Shown piece by piece: positions 37,075 to 47,280 of a DNA stretch of 64,000 nt. Numbering within the stretch: the stretch's first letter is position 1; the number at the start of each line of letters is the position of its first letter. Made by a program: the position numbers and the translations under genes. Below the pieces are notes generated by a model, which searched no databases, was not told the origin of the DNA, and saw only the letters and a program-made list of their open reading frames with translations. Source of the stretch: Candidatus Enterousia sp. (GTDB lineage Bacteria; Pseudomonadota; Alphaproteobacteria; Rs-D84); assembly GCA_045651525.1 (NCBI GenBank), contig JAZRSO010000004.1:17127-81126 (forward strand), read 5' to 3'.

Positions 37075-37445
37075 AAGTGCATAAATTTCCGTTCACAATT
37101 GCATATGCAGATACCGATGCCGAAGGTATTGTTTATCACGCGCGATACCTGGAAATCGCAGAACGCGCACGTATGAATTGGCTGCGTGGTCGTGTTGTTC
37201 CAAATGGTGATATTGGATTTGTTGTGCGTGAATTAAATATTAAATATTTGCACTCCCTGCGTGTGGCAGATGAATTTGTTGTTGAAACGCAAATGGTGGA
37301 TGTTGGGGCGGCGATTGTGCGTGTTGAACAAAAGTTCGTGAAAGATGGTGCAGAATATGCTATAATAAACATTAAGGTTGCGTACTTGGGTGGTGATATG
37401 CGCCCTAAACGTATACCAGATGAATTTATAAACGGTTTGGTTTGA
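37071..37445 (+). CDS. ybgC: YbgC-family acyl-CoA thioesterase
   Basis: DTDAEGIVYHARYL..AERAR; tol operon context. Confidence 0.9.
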   Translation: MKVHKFPFTIAYADTDAEGIVYHARYLEIAERARMNWLRGRVVPNGDIGFVVRELNIKYLHSLRVADEFVVETQMVDVGAAIVRVEQKFVKDGAEYAIINIKVAYLGGDMRPKRIPDEFINGLV

Positions 37446-37469
37446 TAAATAATAGAAAGGAAGGGAAAA

Positions 37470-37961
37470 ATGGAAAATAACTTTTCAATGTTAAATTTGT
37501 TCACAAGTGACCTGATGACGGTTTTTGTGTCGTTGGTATTGGTCGCGTTCAGTGTTATGTCATGGGCGATTATTATTGAAAAAATCCGTCTGTGGAAATA
37601 TGCAAAACAAAATCCTGTCACTGTCAAGGCAGGCGATAATTTGGATGTTATTGCAGATAAATTAATTGCGCCTTTTGACAAGAATTTGTGGTTCTTGTCC
37701 ATGGTTGCATATATCTCTCCGTTTATTGGTTTGTTTGGTACTGTATGGGGTGTTATGGATTCTTTTGCATCAATCGGTATAAATCAGTCTGTCAGTATCG
37801 GTGTTATTGCCCCAGGTTTGGCAGTTGCATTGGGTACAACAGCGTTGGGTTTGATTGCGGCTGTGCCTGCGGCAATTGCGCATCAGTTCTTTGCAAAAAA
37901 GTCAGATGATTTATATGACAAGCTGACTCAAGATGCTCGTGAATTAAAATGTAAAAAATAA
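37470..37961 (+). CDS. tolQ: TolQ (short MotA/TolQ/ExbB protein)
   Basis: SPFIGLFGTVWGVM, APGLA.AL.TTA.GL.AA.PA. Confidence 0.88.
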   Translation: MENNFSMLNLFTSDLMTVFVSLVLVAFSVMSWAIIIEKIRLWKYAKQNPVTVKAGDNLDVIADKLIAPFDKNLWFLSMVAYISPFIGLFGTVWGVMDSFASIGINQSVSIGVIAPGLAVALGTTALGLIAAVPAAIAHQFFAKKSDDLYDKLTQDARELKCKK

Positions 37962-37971
37962 GGCCGATAAA

Positions 37972-38373
37972 ATGTCAAGAATTCGTCGCAGACAAACAGA
38001 TGGTGGTATTCAACTGACACCAATGATTGATGTTATGACTGTGTTGCTGGCTGTCTTTATGGTAACAACACCAATGATGACTACTGGAATTGACTTGGAA
38101 TTACCGCGTGCAGGTGCCTCCGCAATGACAGGCGCAGATCATGCGATTCAAATCAGTGTTGATTCAAATGGTCGCTATTACCTGTCTGAAACACAGATGT
38201 CGCGTGATGATATTGTAAAGCGTGCTGTGGCAATGCGTGGTGAAAACCCAGATTTGACCATTATGATAAGTGGTGATGGGCGTGCAGACTATGGCGCGGT
38301 TATGTCTGTTATGGGTAAATTAAAAGATGCGGGTTTTCAAAAAGTTGGATTGCGTACACAACCAGAAAAATAA
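37972..38373 (+). CDS. tolR: TolR/ExbD protein
   Basis: LTPMIDVMTVLL, LPRA, GD..ADYG.V. Confidence 0.88.
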   Translation: MSRIRRRQTDGGIQLTPMIDVMTVLLAVFMVTTPMMTTGIDLELPRAGASAMTGADHAIQISVDSNGRYYLSETQMSRDDIVKRAVAMRGENPDLTIMISGDGRADYGAVMSVMGKLKDAGFQKVGLRTQPEK

Positions 38374-38374
38374 A

Positions 38375-39121
38375 ATGGCAAAATTTAATCAATTTTCATC
38401 AGAAAATATTTTGATGTCCGTTTGTGGGCATTTGCTGTTGATTGCTGTATTGGTTACTGCGGCCAAGGTGGTGATTGAACGTGCGAAATTGGTAACACCT
38501 GACAGAATCGAAATTATTGAAATTGATTTAGATAACGTTCGTGTTTCTGGTGATGAAACCAAACTGTATAATGTTGGAACGCCTGAAAAAGAACAAAAAC
38601 AAGAAGCCAAACCTGTGAAAAAAAAGAAACAAGAACAGGCGGTGGAAAAAGTAGAAATTAAATCTACGACGATGGTTGAAGAAGAAGTCAAAGAAGATAA
38701 AAAAGAAGAAGACACAACAGATAAAAAAACACCAGAACAACCAAAAGATGCGCCAAAGAAAAAACGTGTAATCAAAGTAAATCGCGAGGTTTTATCGCTG
38801 GATCGTACAATGACGGTTTCTGTGGTTGATGCGCTGCGTGTTGCGATGACGCGTTGTTGGGTTATTGATAATGCGCGTCCTGATATTGCAGATATTCGTG
38901 CTGTGGCACATTTGAAATTGCGTAAAAATGGTACGGTTTATGATTTGTGGTTTGAATCTGCTGCGCGCGCAGAAACAGACCCTGCATTTGCGTATGTGTT
39001 GGAAACAATCAAAGATGCAATTGATACATGTCAGCCGTTTCGTATGTTGCCAGCCAATGAATACAGCGAATGGCAAGATGTTGAGTTGACTTTCTATCCA
39101 TCGCAAGGCAAAATTTTATAA
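38375..39121 (+). CDS. tolA: TolA-like protein
   Basis: TM with S..GH, Lys/Glu linker, C-terminal RCW...CQPF..LP..Y..W; follows tolR. Confidence 0.72.
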   Translation: MAKFNQFSSENILMSVCGHLLLIAVLVTAAKVVIERAKLVTPDRIEIIEIDLDNVRVSGDETKLYNVGTPEKEQKQEAKPVKKKKQEQAVEKVEIKSTTMVEEEVKEDKKEEDTTDKKTPEQPKDAPKKKRVIKVNREVLSLDRTMTVSVVDALRVAMTRCWVIDNARPDIADIRAVAHLKLRKNGTVYDLWFESAARAETDPAFAYVLETIKDAIDTCQPFRMLPANEYSEWQDVELTFYPSQGKIL

Positions 39122-39150
39122 AAAAAGCGCACCGTTTGGTGCGTTTTTTT
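39120..39150. terminator. Bidirectional terminator between tolA and rnpB
   Basis: GCGCACC-GTTT-GGTGCGT flanked by A and T tracts. Confidence 0.85.
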
Positions 39151-39468
39151 ACAAGACAGACATATAAGCCGGGTTCTGTTCTGCCATAAATAGTTTGCAC
39201 TTTTTATGGTAGCGAGCATGATTAATCTGCATTTTGCATTACTGCAAATGTCAAGCCTTCTACCCGCCCCCAATGTGGGACACATATACGGGGGCCTATT
39301 TGAAGTTGCTGTACGTAGAGATTGCCCGTTTCACCCGAATTTAATCGTATCGTCACTGTTGCTCTAATCGTCAGGTCACCCTGCCCGGTATATTAGCCGG
39401 TACGTTGTCCCATACAGCCCGGACTTTCCTCTGATATAAAAATATCAGCCATGCTCAGTCCATCTTGT
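39151..39468 (-). ncRNA. rnpB: RNase P RNA (reduced)
   Basis: Minus strand GAGGAAAGTCCGGG and AACAGAACCCGGCTTA (P4 halves); P1 CAAGATGGAC/GTCTGTCTTG; P2 GAGCATG/CATGCTC. Confidence 0.95.
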
Positions 39469-39509
39469 GGATGTTATGTTATCAATTTTTTATGGTTTTT
39501 CAATGTTTT

Positions 39510-39725
39510 TTATTTCTTTTCGCCCATGTGGCGCGCAGATTGTAATGCGTGACGCAATGCCTGCTCTGCTATTTGGCGGATTTTTGGTGCAAATGTACGC
39601 ATATTCATTGTGTCTGCAACAGTATTACCAAAAATGTGTGCGATATATTCAATTTGTGTTGGGGCGACGATATAAACATCGCTGGTAATGGATTCTGGAT
39701 TTAGTTTTTGAACTGGTTCTTGCAT
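39510..39725 (-). CDS. Small hypothetical protein
   Basis: 71 aa, AGGGG RBS upstream, fills the rnpB-secA gap. Confidence 0.55.
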   Translation of the reverse strand: MQEPVQKLNPESITSDVYIVAPTQIEYIAHIFGNTVADTMNMRTFAPKIRQIAEQALRHALQSARHMGEKK

Positions 39726-39859
39726 GATTTTATACCCCTACATTAAATTTTTTTGTCTTTTACACTTGTTTAATTACTTTATTGATATTATATCATAAAG
39801 TATCTTGACCGCAAGGGGCAAAATTGCTATATATCTGTTGATAAATATAAGGAAGAAAG

Positions 39860-42475
39860 ATGGTAAAAAACATTATTGGTAAAATATTAGGGTCTGCCAA
39901 TGACAGATTGATTAAAAATTATGATAAAACAGTGTCTTTGATAAACGACTTGGAACCAAAGTATCACGCAATGAGTGATGAAGAATTGCGTGAACAGACG
40001 AATGTTCTGCGTGCAAAACTGGCTGCGGGTGACAAAGAAAAAGACATTTTGCCAGATGCGTTCGCCCTGGTACGCGAGGCGTCAATTCGTACAATTGGTT
40101 TGCGTCATTTTAACGTTCAAATGATTGGTGGTATGGTTCTGACTAATGGTCAAATTGCAGAAATGAAAACTGGCGAAGGTAAAACACTGGTCGCAACATT
40201 GGCAATGTATTTAAAGGCATTGCATGGCAAGGGCGCTCACTTGATTACAGTAAATGATTACTTGGCATCGCGTGACGCAGAATGGATGGGTGCGATATAT
40301 AAATTCTTGGGGCTGACAATCGGTATTATTCAGCACGATATGACAGATGATGAAAGACGCGCCGCATACGCATGTGATATTACATATGTAACAAATTCAG
40401 AACTGGGCTTTGATTATCTGCGTGATAATATGAAGTTTTCAAAGAAACAACAGGTGTTACGTCCGTTCTTTTACGCAATTGTTGACGAAGTTGACAGTAT
40501 TTTAATTGACGAAGCGCGTACACCGCTGATTATTTCTGGGCCTGCCGAAGATACCAGTGAGTTATATGCCAAGGTTGATGCGGTTGTTGCAAAACTGACA
40601 GAATCTGACTTTAAAAAAGATGAAAAAGACAGACATGTTACACTGACGGAAAGTGGTGTTGATTCTGCGACAAATCTGTTAAAAGAAGCGGGATTGTTGG
40701 TGGGCGATAATTTGTATGCGGCTGAAAATGCGGCGTTGGTTATGCATATTCAACAGTCTTTGTTGGCACATCACTTGTTCCAGAAAAATGTGAACTATGT
40801 TGTGCGTAATGGTGAAATTCTGATTGTTGATGAATTTACTGGTCGTGTTATGACTGGTCGTCGCTTTGGCAAGGGGTTGCATCAGGCGATAGAAGCAAAA
40901 GAACATGTTGCGGTTCAACCTGAAAATCAGACTGTGTCCAGTATTTCGTATCAGAACTTGTTCCGCTTGTATCCGACATTATCTGGTATGACTGGTACCG
41001 CCATGACCGAAGCGGCAGAATTTGAAGAAATTTATAAATTGCGTGTTGTTTCAATTCCAACAAATCGCCCTGTGGCGCGTAACGACCATCATGATGAAAT
41101 CTATCGTAACAAAGAAGAAAAATACGCTGCTATTTTAAAACAGATTTCAGATTGTGTTGCCAGAAAACAGCCTGTTTTAGTTGGCACTGTTTCAATTGAA
41201 AAGTCCGAAGAATTGGCTGCAATTGTACGCAAAGAATTAAAGTTAAATCCTGCGGTTTTGAATGCGAAACATCACGAATCTGAAGCAAAAATTGTTGCCC
41301 AGGCTGGCGCACCGGGTGCTGTTACAATCGCAACAAATATGGCTGGTCGTGGTACTGATATTAAGCTGGGTGGTAATGCCGAAGAATTGATTGCAGCGCT
41401 GGATTGTAACGCTTCTGATTATGAAGACAAAAAGAAAGAAATTTATGCAACAATCGAAGCAAATAAAAAACAAGTCTTAGACGCTGGTGGATTGTATGTT
41501 ATAGGTACTGAACGTCATGAATCACGCCGTATTGATAATCAGTTGCGTGGTCGTTCTGGTCGTCAAGGTGACCCAGGTGATTCAAAGTTCTTTTTATCTT
41601 TGGATGACGATTTGATGCGTATTTTTGGGGCGTCTCGTTTGCAGGGAATGTTGACAACGTTGGGCTTGAAAACTGGCGAAGCAATTACACATCCGTGGAT
41701 TACCAAGGCGTTGGAAAAAGCCCAGAAACGCGTTGAAGCCAGATATTTCGAAGCGCGTAAAGAATTGTTGAAGTATGACGATGTTATGAATGAACAGCGT
41801 ACAGTTATTTATAAACAGCGTGATGATTTGATGGTGTCCGAAGACTTATCGCCTTTGGCACGTGAAATGATTGGCGATGTTGTTGAAATTATCTGTGAAA
41901 ACAGTATTCCAGAAAAGGCAATGCCTGCAGATTGGAACTTGGACGCAATTCATAATGCGATGATGCGCGCGTTTGCGTTGGATATTACAGATATTCAAAA
42001 ATGGAAAACCGATGAAGAAATCACAGAACGCAAGGCGTATGAATCTTTGGTCGGTTTGGCAAATCGCAGATATGACAGTCAGGCTGCAAAATATGGTCCA
42101 GAAATGATGCAGATGGCATCTCGTCAAATGATGTTGGGTGCATTGGATGCAGTATGGAAAAAACATTTGCAACAGATGGATTATCTGCAAAGCGCAATTG
42201 GATTGCGTGGTTATGCCCAGAAAAATCCGTTGTATGAATACAAGCGCGAAGCATTGGAATTGTTTAAAAATACTGTAAATAATTTCAAAATTATGTCTGT
42301 GTCTTATATTTGTCGTATGGAATTGACACGTGAAGATGTTGCGGCAACCGAAGCTGAACGTGCCAAACACGATGAAAAATTAAATCAAGCCACAGGTGGC
42401 GATGCGCGCCGTAATGCACCCTGCCCGTGTGGTTCTGGGTTAAAATACAAACATTGCTGTGGTAAATTAAACTAA
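39860..42475 (+). CDS. secA: Preprotein translocase ATPase SecA
   Basis: MKTGEGKT, DEVDSILIDEA, TNMAGRGTDI, C-terminal CPCGSG.KYKHCC. Confidence 0.98.
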   Translation: MVKNIIGKILGSANDRLIKNYDKTVSLINDLEPKYHAMSDEELREQTNVLRAKLAAGDKEKDILPDAFALVREASIRTIGLRHFNVQMIGGMVLTNGQIAEMKTGEGKTLVATLAMYLKALHGKGAHLITVNDYLASRDAEWMGAIYKFLGLTIGIIQHDMTDDERRAAYACDITYVTNSELGFDYLRDNMKFSKKQQVLRPFFYAIVDEVDSILIDEARTPLIISGPAEDTSELYAKVDAVVAKLTESDFKKDEKDRHVTLTESGVDSATNLLKEAGLLVGDNLYAAENAALVMHIQQSLLAHHLFQKNVNYVVRNGEILIVDEFTGRVMTGRRFGKGLHQAIEAKEHVAVQPENQTVSSISYQNLFRLYPTLSGMTGTAMTEAAEFEEIYKLRVVSIPTNRPVARNDHHDEIYRNKEEKYAAILKQISDCVARKQPVLVGTVSIEKSEELAAIVRKELKLNPAVLNAKHHESEAKIVAQAGAPGAVTIATNMAGRGTDIKLGGNAEELIAALDCNASDYEDKKKEIYATIEANKKQVLDAGGLYVIGTERHESRRIDNQLRGRSGRQGDPGDSKFFLSLDDDLMRIFGASRLQGMLTTLGLKTGEAITHPWITKALEKAQKRVEARYFEARKELLKYDDVMNEQRTVIYKQRDDLMVSEDLSPLAREMIGDVVEIICENSIPEKAMPADWNLDAIHNAMMRAFALDITDIQKWKTDEEITERKAYESLVGLANRRYDSQAAKYGPEMMQMASRQMMLGALDAVWKKHLQQMDYLQSAIGLRGYAQKNPLYEYKREALELFKNTVNNFKIMSVSYICRMELTREDVAATEAERAKHDEKLNQATGGDARRNAPCPCGSGLKYKHCCGKLN

Positions 42476-42568
42476 AAAAAGAAATTGCCGACATTGTCGG
42501 TAATTTTTTTGTCTTTTTTGGGAATTATTGGGTTGATTGCGATGGTGGAATTTGCTAATGTGATGGGC

Positions 42569-45500
42569 ATGGAAAAGCAATTCATTCATCTTCGTACACA
42601 TTCAAGGTTTTCTGTGGGGGCCAGTACCCTGACAATTAAAAAAATTCCGGCGTTGTGCTTGGGGGCTGGGATGGGTGCGTGTGCCTTGACAGACACAAAT
42701 TTAATGTCTGGGTGTGCGGAATTTTCTGATGTTATGCCAAAAAACAAGGTTCAGCCAATTATCGGTATTGAAATATCATTAAATCAGCATAATGCAGACC
42801 CAAAAATATTGCGTTCTGAATCGTTGTCAAAAATCGTTCTGTTGGCACAAAATCATGATGGGTATTTGAATCTGTGTGATTTGAATAAAATAATGTATAT
42901 GCGTACAGAAAATCATCACTTGGGGCCATATATTACATTTGACGAATTGTCACAGCACAGCGTTGGTTTAATCTGTTTGTCTGGGGCGCATACAGGACCG
43001 ATTGGTATGGCGATATTAAATGGTCAGGATGCACAGGCAACCATATACGCCAAGGAATTGTTGAATATATTTGGAAATCGCTTTTATATTGAAATTCAGC
43101 GTCATGGGTTGGATGCAGAAATTAAAACTGAGCCAATGTTCTTGAAAATCGCCCAAGAATTGAACATTCCAATTGTTGCGACAAATGATGTTTGTTTTGC
43201 GTCTGATTCTGATTATGAATCTGCGGATGCGTTGGGGTGCGTCTTGGGACAGACCAAGGTTATTGACCCAGAACGACCACGCAAATCATCGGAACAATAT
43301 TTTAAATCATATGATGAAATGGCGGAAATTTTTTCAGACCTGCCCGAGGCAATAGAGAATACTGTTCGTATCGCACAACGTTGTGGATTTATGGTAAATG
43401 TTCATGAAAAACCACTGTTGCCGCGTTTTGGTGACGACTTGGAAACAGAATGTCAAATGCTGCGTGATAATACGATGGCGGGTCTTAAACGCAGATTGGA
43501 ACAGCATAATATCACAGATACAAAACCATACTATGAACAGGCAGAATTTGAACTGGGCGTTATTATTGGTATGGGATTCCCTGGGTATTTCTTGATTGTT
43601 GCGGACTATATTGATTGGTGCAGAAATAATGATGTTTTGACAGGGCCTGGTCGTGGGTCTGGTGCGGGGTCTATTGTTGCGTGGGCATTGGGTATTACAA
43701 ATGTTGATCCGTTAAAGTATGGATTGTTGTTTGAAAGATTTTTGAACCCTGATCGTATATCTATGCCGGACTTTGACGTTGACTTTGAACCAACAGGAAT
43801 CGAACGCGTGTTGGCGTATGTTTGCGATAAATATGGGCATGATTCTGTGTGTCGTATCATTACATTTGGCAGTTTGCAGGCCCGTGGCGCAATTCGTGAT
43901 ATTGGGCGTGTGTATGGTATGCCCTATTCCAAGTCTGACAGATTGTCAAAACTGATTCCCCAGGACGCCAAGACGTTAAAAGATGCGGTTGATATGTCTG
44001 GGGAAATTCAAGATGTTTTGAATAATGACCAAGACTTAAACAAGGTTGTTATGGTTGCCGAAGAATTAGAAGGTTCCTTGCGTAATTTGGGACAGCACGC
44101 GTGTGGTGTTGTTATTGGCGACAGACCAACGACCAAGATTGCGCCTGTATATCGCGACCCTGCCAACCCGTTGCCATCGTGCCAGTATGACGGTAAGTAT
44201 TTGGAAAAATCTGGTTTAATTAAATTTGACTTTTTGGGCTTGGAAACATTGGTTGTGTTAAAGTATGCAACGCGCCTTATTCAGCAGACACGTGGTATAA
44301 ATATTGACTTGGATCAAATCCCAACGGATGACGACAAAACGATGAAATTATGGCAGGCTGGTTTGACCGAAGGTATATTCCAGTTTGATGCCCCGTTTGT
44401 AAAGCAGACACTGCGTAAAATGCACCCGACCAGTTTCTTGGAAATATCTGCGTTAAATGCGTTAAATCGTCCCGGCCCAATTGCATTTATCCCCCAGTTT
44501 ATTGCACGTATGCATGGCGAAGAATCAATTGAATACGTTCACCCAAAGGCAGAACCAATATTAAAAGAAACATACGGCATTATCGTTTATCAAGAACAGG
44601 TTATGCAGTTGACGCGTGCGTTGGCGGGCTTTACACGTGGTCAGTCTGACAACGTGCGCAAGGCGATGGGTAAGAAACTGATTGAAATGTTGAACGAACT
44701 GGAAGGTAAGTTCTATGAGGGGTGCGAAAAAGAACAAACCTTGGACAGGGCAACTGCCAAAGACCTGTGGGAAAAGTTCAAGGAATTTGCAAAGTACGCA
44801 TTTAACAAATCACACGCAATTGCATATTCAATTGTTGCAAATCAGTGCGCGTATTTAAAGGCAAATTATACGCCGGAATTCTTGGCCGCATCTATGTCCA
44901 GTAACTTGAATGATACAGACCAGCTGGCGTTATTCGTAGAAGATGCCAAGGCTAATTTTGGAATTCAAATTGTTGCGCCTGATATAAATGAAAGTGAATC
45001 GTTGTTTACTGTACGCGATGGCAAGATTGTTTATGGTTTGGCTGCATTAAAGGGTGTTGGAACGGTCGCAACAGACGCAATTGTTGCAGAAAGAAATGCA
45101 AATGGAAAGTTTAAAAACCTGACTGATTTTGCAAAACGTTGCGCGCCAATTATGAACAAGCGTATTTTAGAGGCCTTTGCAAAAACAGGTGTGTTGGATT
45201 CGTTAGAGCCAAATCGTGCCGCGATTTATCTGAATGCTGATATGATATTGTCTTATGCGGCCAAGTCGCGCGATGGCGCGAATATGCTGTCGCTGTTTGC
45301 AAATACTGTCGAAGACGATGTTGACGAAGACAGGTTGCACAAAAATCTGCCCAAGACTGCGCCATGGACATTTGGTCAGCGTCTGGAAAACGAACTGTCA
45401 GCGTTGGGATTTTATATTTCTGCGCATCCGTTGGATCAGTACAAGCATTTGATAAAATCTGCAAATCTGACGACCAGCGCAACATTGGCGAATCTTGGCG

Positions 45501-45979
45501 ACAGAAAGTCTGTTCAGATTGCGGTCAATGTAAATTCTTTTTCACGTCGTCGCACCAAGACCGGCAAAGAAATGATTACAATCAATGCGTCGGACAGTTT
45601 TGGTAACATTGATGCGGTTGCGTTTGGTGATTCTGCGATTGAATTTTCTCAGATTTTATCCGGTGAAACAGTTGTATTGTTATCTGGCAAGACGTCTAAT
45701 CGTGATGACAGGGTGTCTGTATTTGTTGATTCTATTACACCGTTGACACATTGGGTTGCGAAAATTGCCAAGAAAATCACAATGGATATTTGGGACAGGA
45801 TGGTTTTACAAGATGTTAAAAAGGCGATTATTGCTTTGCCACGTGGATATACCCAGGTTGTATTAAATCTGCATGGCGCGGACAAGGTTGCGACGCTTGC
45901 GTTACCTGGTGGCGTTGAACTGGGCAATACGACAATTGCGGACTTAACGGCCTTGGGATTAAAGATAGAAGTGGAGTAA
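42569..45979 (+). CDS. dnaE: DNA polymerase III alpha subunit
   Basis: PHP domain, GPGRGSGAGS, MPDFDVDF, KFDFLGL, YAFNKSHA; start MEKQ at 42569. Confidence 0.97.
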   Translation: MEKQFIHLRTHSRFSVGASTLTIKKIPALCLGAGMGACALTDTNLMSGCAEFSDVMPKNKVQPIIGIEISLNQHNADPKILRSESLSKIVLLAQNHDGYLNLCDLNKIMYMRTENHHLGPYITFDELSQHSVGLICLSGAHTGPIGMAILNGQDAQATIYAKELLNIFGNRFYIEIQRHGLDAEIKTEPMFLKIAQELNIPIVATNDVCFASDSDYESADALGCVLGQTKVIDPERPRKSSEQYFKSYDEMAEIFSDLPEAIENTVRIAQRCGFMVNVHEKPLLPRFGDDLETECQMLRDNTMAGLKRRLEQHNITDTKPYYEQAEFELGVIIGMGFPGYFLIVADYIDWCRNNDVLTGPGRGSGAGSIVAWALGITNVDPLKYGLLFERFLNPDRISMPDFDVDFEPTGIERVLAYVCDKYGHDSVCRIITFGSLQARGAIRDIGRVYGMPYSKSDRLSKLIPQDAKTLKDAVDMSGEIQDVLNNDQDLNKVVMVAEELEGSLRNLGQHACGVVIGDRPTTKIAPVYRDPANPLPSCQYDGKYLEKSGLIKFDFLGLETLVVLKYATRLIQQTRGINIDLDQIPTDDDKTMKLWQAGLTEGIFQFDAPFVKQTLRKMHPTSFLEISALNALNRPGPIAFIPQFIARMHGEESIEYVHPKAEPILKETYGIIVYQEQVMQLTRALAGFTRGQSDNVRKAMGKKLIEMLNELEGKFYEGCEKEQTLDRATAKDLWEKFKEFAKYAFNKSHAIAYSIVANQCAYLKANYTPEFLAASMSSNLNDTDQLALFVEDAKANFGIQIVAPDINESESLFTVRDGKIVYGLAALKGVGTVATDAIVAERNANGKFKNLTDFAKRCAPIMNKRILEAFAKTGVLDSLEPNRAAIYLNADMILSYAAKSRDGANMLSLFANTVEDDVDEDRLHKNLPKTAPWTFGQRLENELSALGFYISAHPLDQYKHLIKSANLTTSATLANLGDRKSVQIAVNVNSFSRRRTKTGKEMITINASDSFGNIDAVAFGDSAIEFSQILSGETVVLLSGKTSNRDDRVSVFVDSITPLTHWVAKIAKKITMDIWDRMVLQDVKKAIIALPRGYTQVVLNLHGADKVATLALPGGVELGNTTIADLTALGLKIEVE

Positions 45980-45987
45980 TTAAACAT

Positions 45988-46830
45988 ATGAAACACATAC
46001 CTGTATTACTTGACAGTGTTTTAAATGCCTTGGGCAATATTGCCGGCAAGACGGTCGTAGATTGTACTTTTGGTGCAGGTGGTTATTCGCGTGCGTTTTT
46101 AAATGCTGGTGCGAATGTTATTGCGTTTGATAGGGATCCAAACGTTATTTCGGATGCAAATGCGATGATTGCAGAATTTGGCGAACGGTTTCAATTTATT
46201 CCACAAACTTTTTCGCATATATCTGAATTGGAATGTCGTATTGATGCGATTGTATTTGATTTGGGGATTTCTTCTATGCAGATTGATATTGCGTCGCGTG
46301 GTTTTTCGTTTCGTATGGATGCGCCACTTGATATGCGTATGTCTGAAACTGGGATGACAGCATCAAATTTAATTGAAAATACAAGTGTTTCTGATTTGGC
46401 TGAAATACTGCGCACATATGGCGATGTTAAAAAGGCGGGTCTGTTGGCGCGTGTGATAAAGGATGCCAGACCAAAAACAACATTTGCCCTGCGTGATTTG
46501 ATACACAATCCGCGTGATGTTGCACCTGTGTTCCAAGCGTTACGTATCGCTGTAAATGATGAGATGGGCGAACTGGAACGCGCGTTGGACGCGGTGCCGG
46601 GTTTGTTAAAATCTGGTGGCAAGTGTATTTGTGTTACCTTTCATTCATTAGAGGACAGAATTGTTAAGAATACTTTCCGAAAATGGACAACTGCATTGGG
46701 CGACCCACGTATGCCGGTGTTGGCCCCTGCCCCGTTTGAATTGATAAAGGCGGCAACCCCATCGGATGTGGAGCTGGAAAATAATTCACGGGCGCGTTCT
46801 GCGCATATGCGTGGCGTTATAAAGGTTTGA
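45988..46830 (+). CDS. rsmH: 16S rRNA m4C1402 methyltransferase RsmH
   Basis: HIPVLL, DCTFGAGGYS, DLGISSMQ, FQALRIAVN, FHSLEDR. Confidence 0.96.
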   Translation: MKHIPVLLDSVLNALGNIAGKTVVDCTFGAGGYSRAFLNAGANVIAFDRDPNVISDANAMIAEFGERFQFIPQTFSHISELECRIDAIVFDLGISSMQIDIASRGFSFRMDAPLDMRMSETGMTASNLIENTSVSDLAEILRTYGDVKKAGLLARVIKDARPKTTFALRDLIHNPRDVAPVFQALRIAVNDEMGELERALDAVPGLLKSGGKCICVTFHSLEDRIVKNTFRKWTTALGDPRMPVLAPAPFELIKAATPSDVELENNSRARSAHMRGVIKV

Positions 46831-46834
46831 TAAT

Positions 46835-47221
46835 ATGAACAAAGAATACTTAAAACAACAAGTTGAATCTGCAGATAATACCAAAAAGGTAAACGCGTTG
46901 GATTTATCGTCTGACCAGGATTTGACGATTGGTCTGATGAACTTGCTGTTTATCGAAGATTATACTGGTGCGGGCGATTTGCACGATATGGTGGGTGAAA
47001 TACGCGGACGACTGATGGACAAGATTATAAAAAAATCAGATAAAAACAGATTGTTATCAGAAAAATTATTACTGGAATCAATGCGTTTGATTGAAATGGG
47101 TAACCAAGAAAGCGGTACGACCGCCTATGAATTATATAATCAGGCGTATGGGTATTATTCTATGTTTTGGGGATTAAATATGGGGTTGATTGATGCAGGG
47201 GATGTGAATTTAAAAAATTAG
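46835..47221 (+). CDS. Hypothetical helical protein
   Basis: 128-aa ORF directly after rsmH. Confidence 0.7.
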   Translation: MNKEYLKQQVESADNTKKVNALDLSSDQDLTIGLMNLLFIEDYTGAGDLHDMVGEIRGRLMDKIIKKSDKNRLLSEKLLLESMRLIEMGNQESGTTAYELYNQAYGYYSMFWGLNMGLIDAGDVNLKN

Positions 47222-47280
47222 CTGTTGCGTCAAATGTGGAAAAAATGATAAAATGCAAAAAAGAGAGAAAGAAATTGAAG

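Noticed and set aside
42485-42568. N-terminal extensions in the ORF track (dnaE, also tlyA, dacA, gpmI, tig, thyA, gcrA, tolA, lpxB)
   Set aside because: The extensions run through promoters, terminators or upstream genes; homology begins at the downstream ATG used in the feature list.
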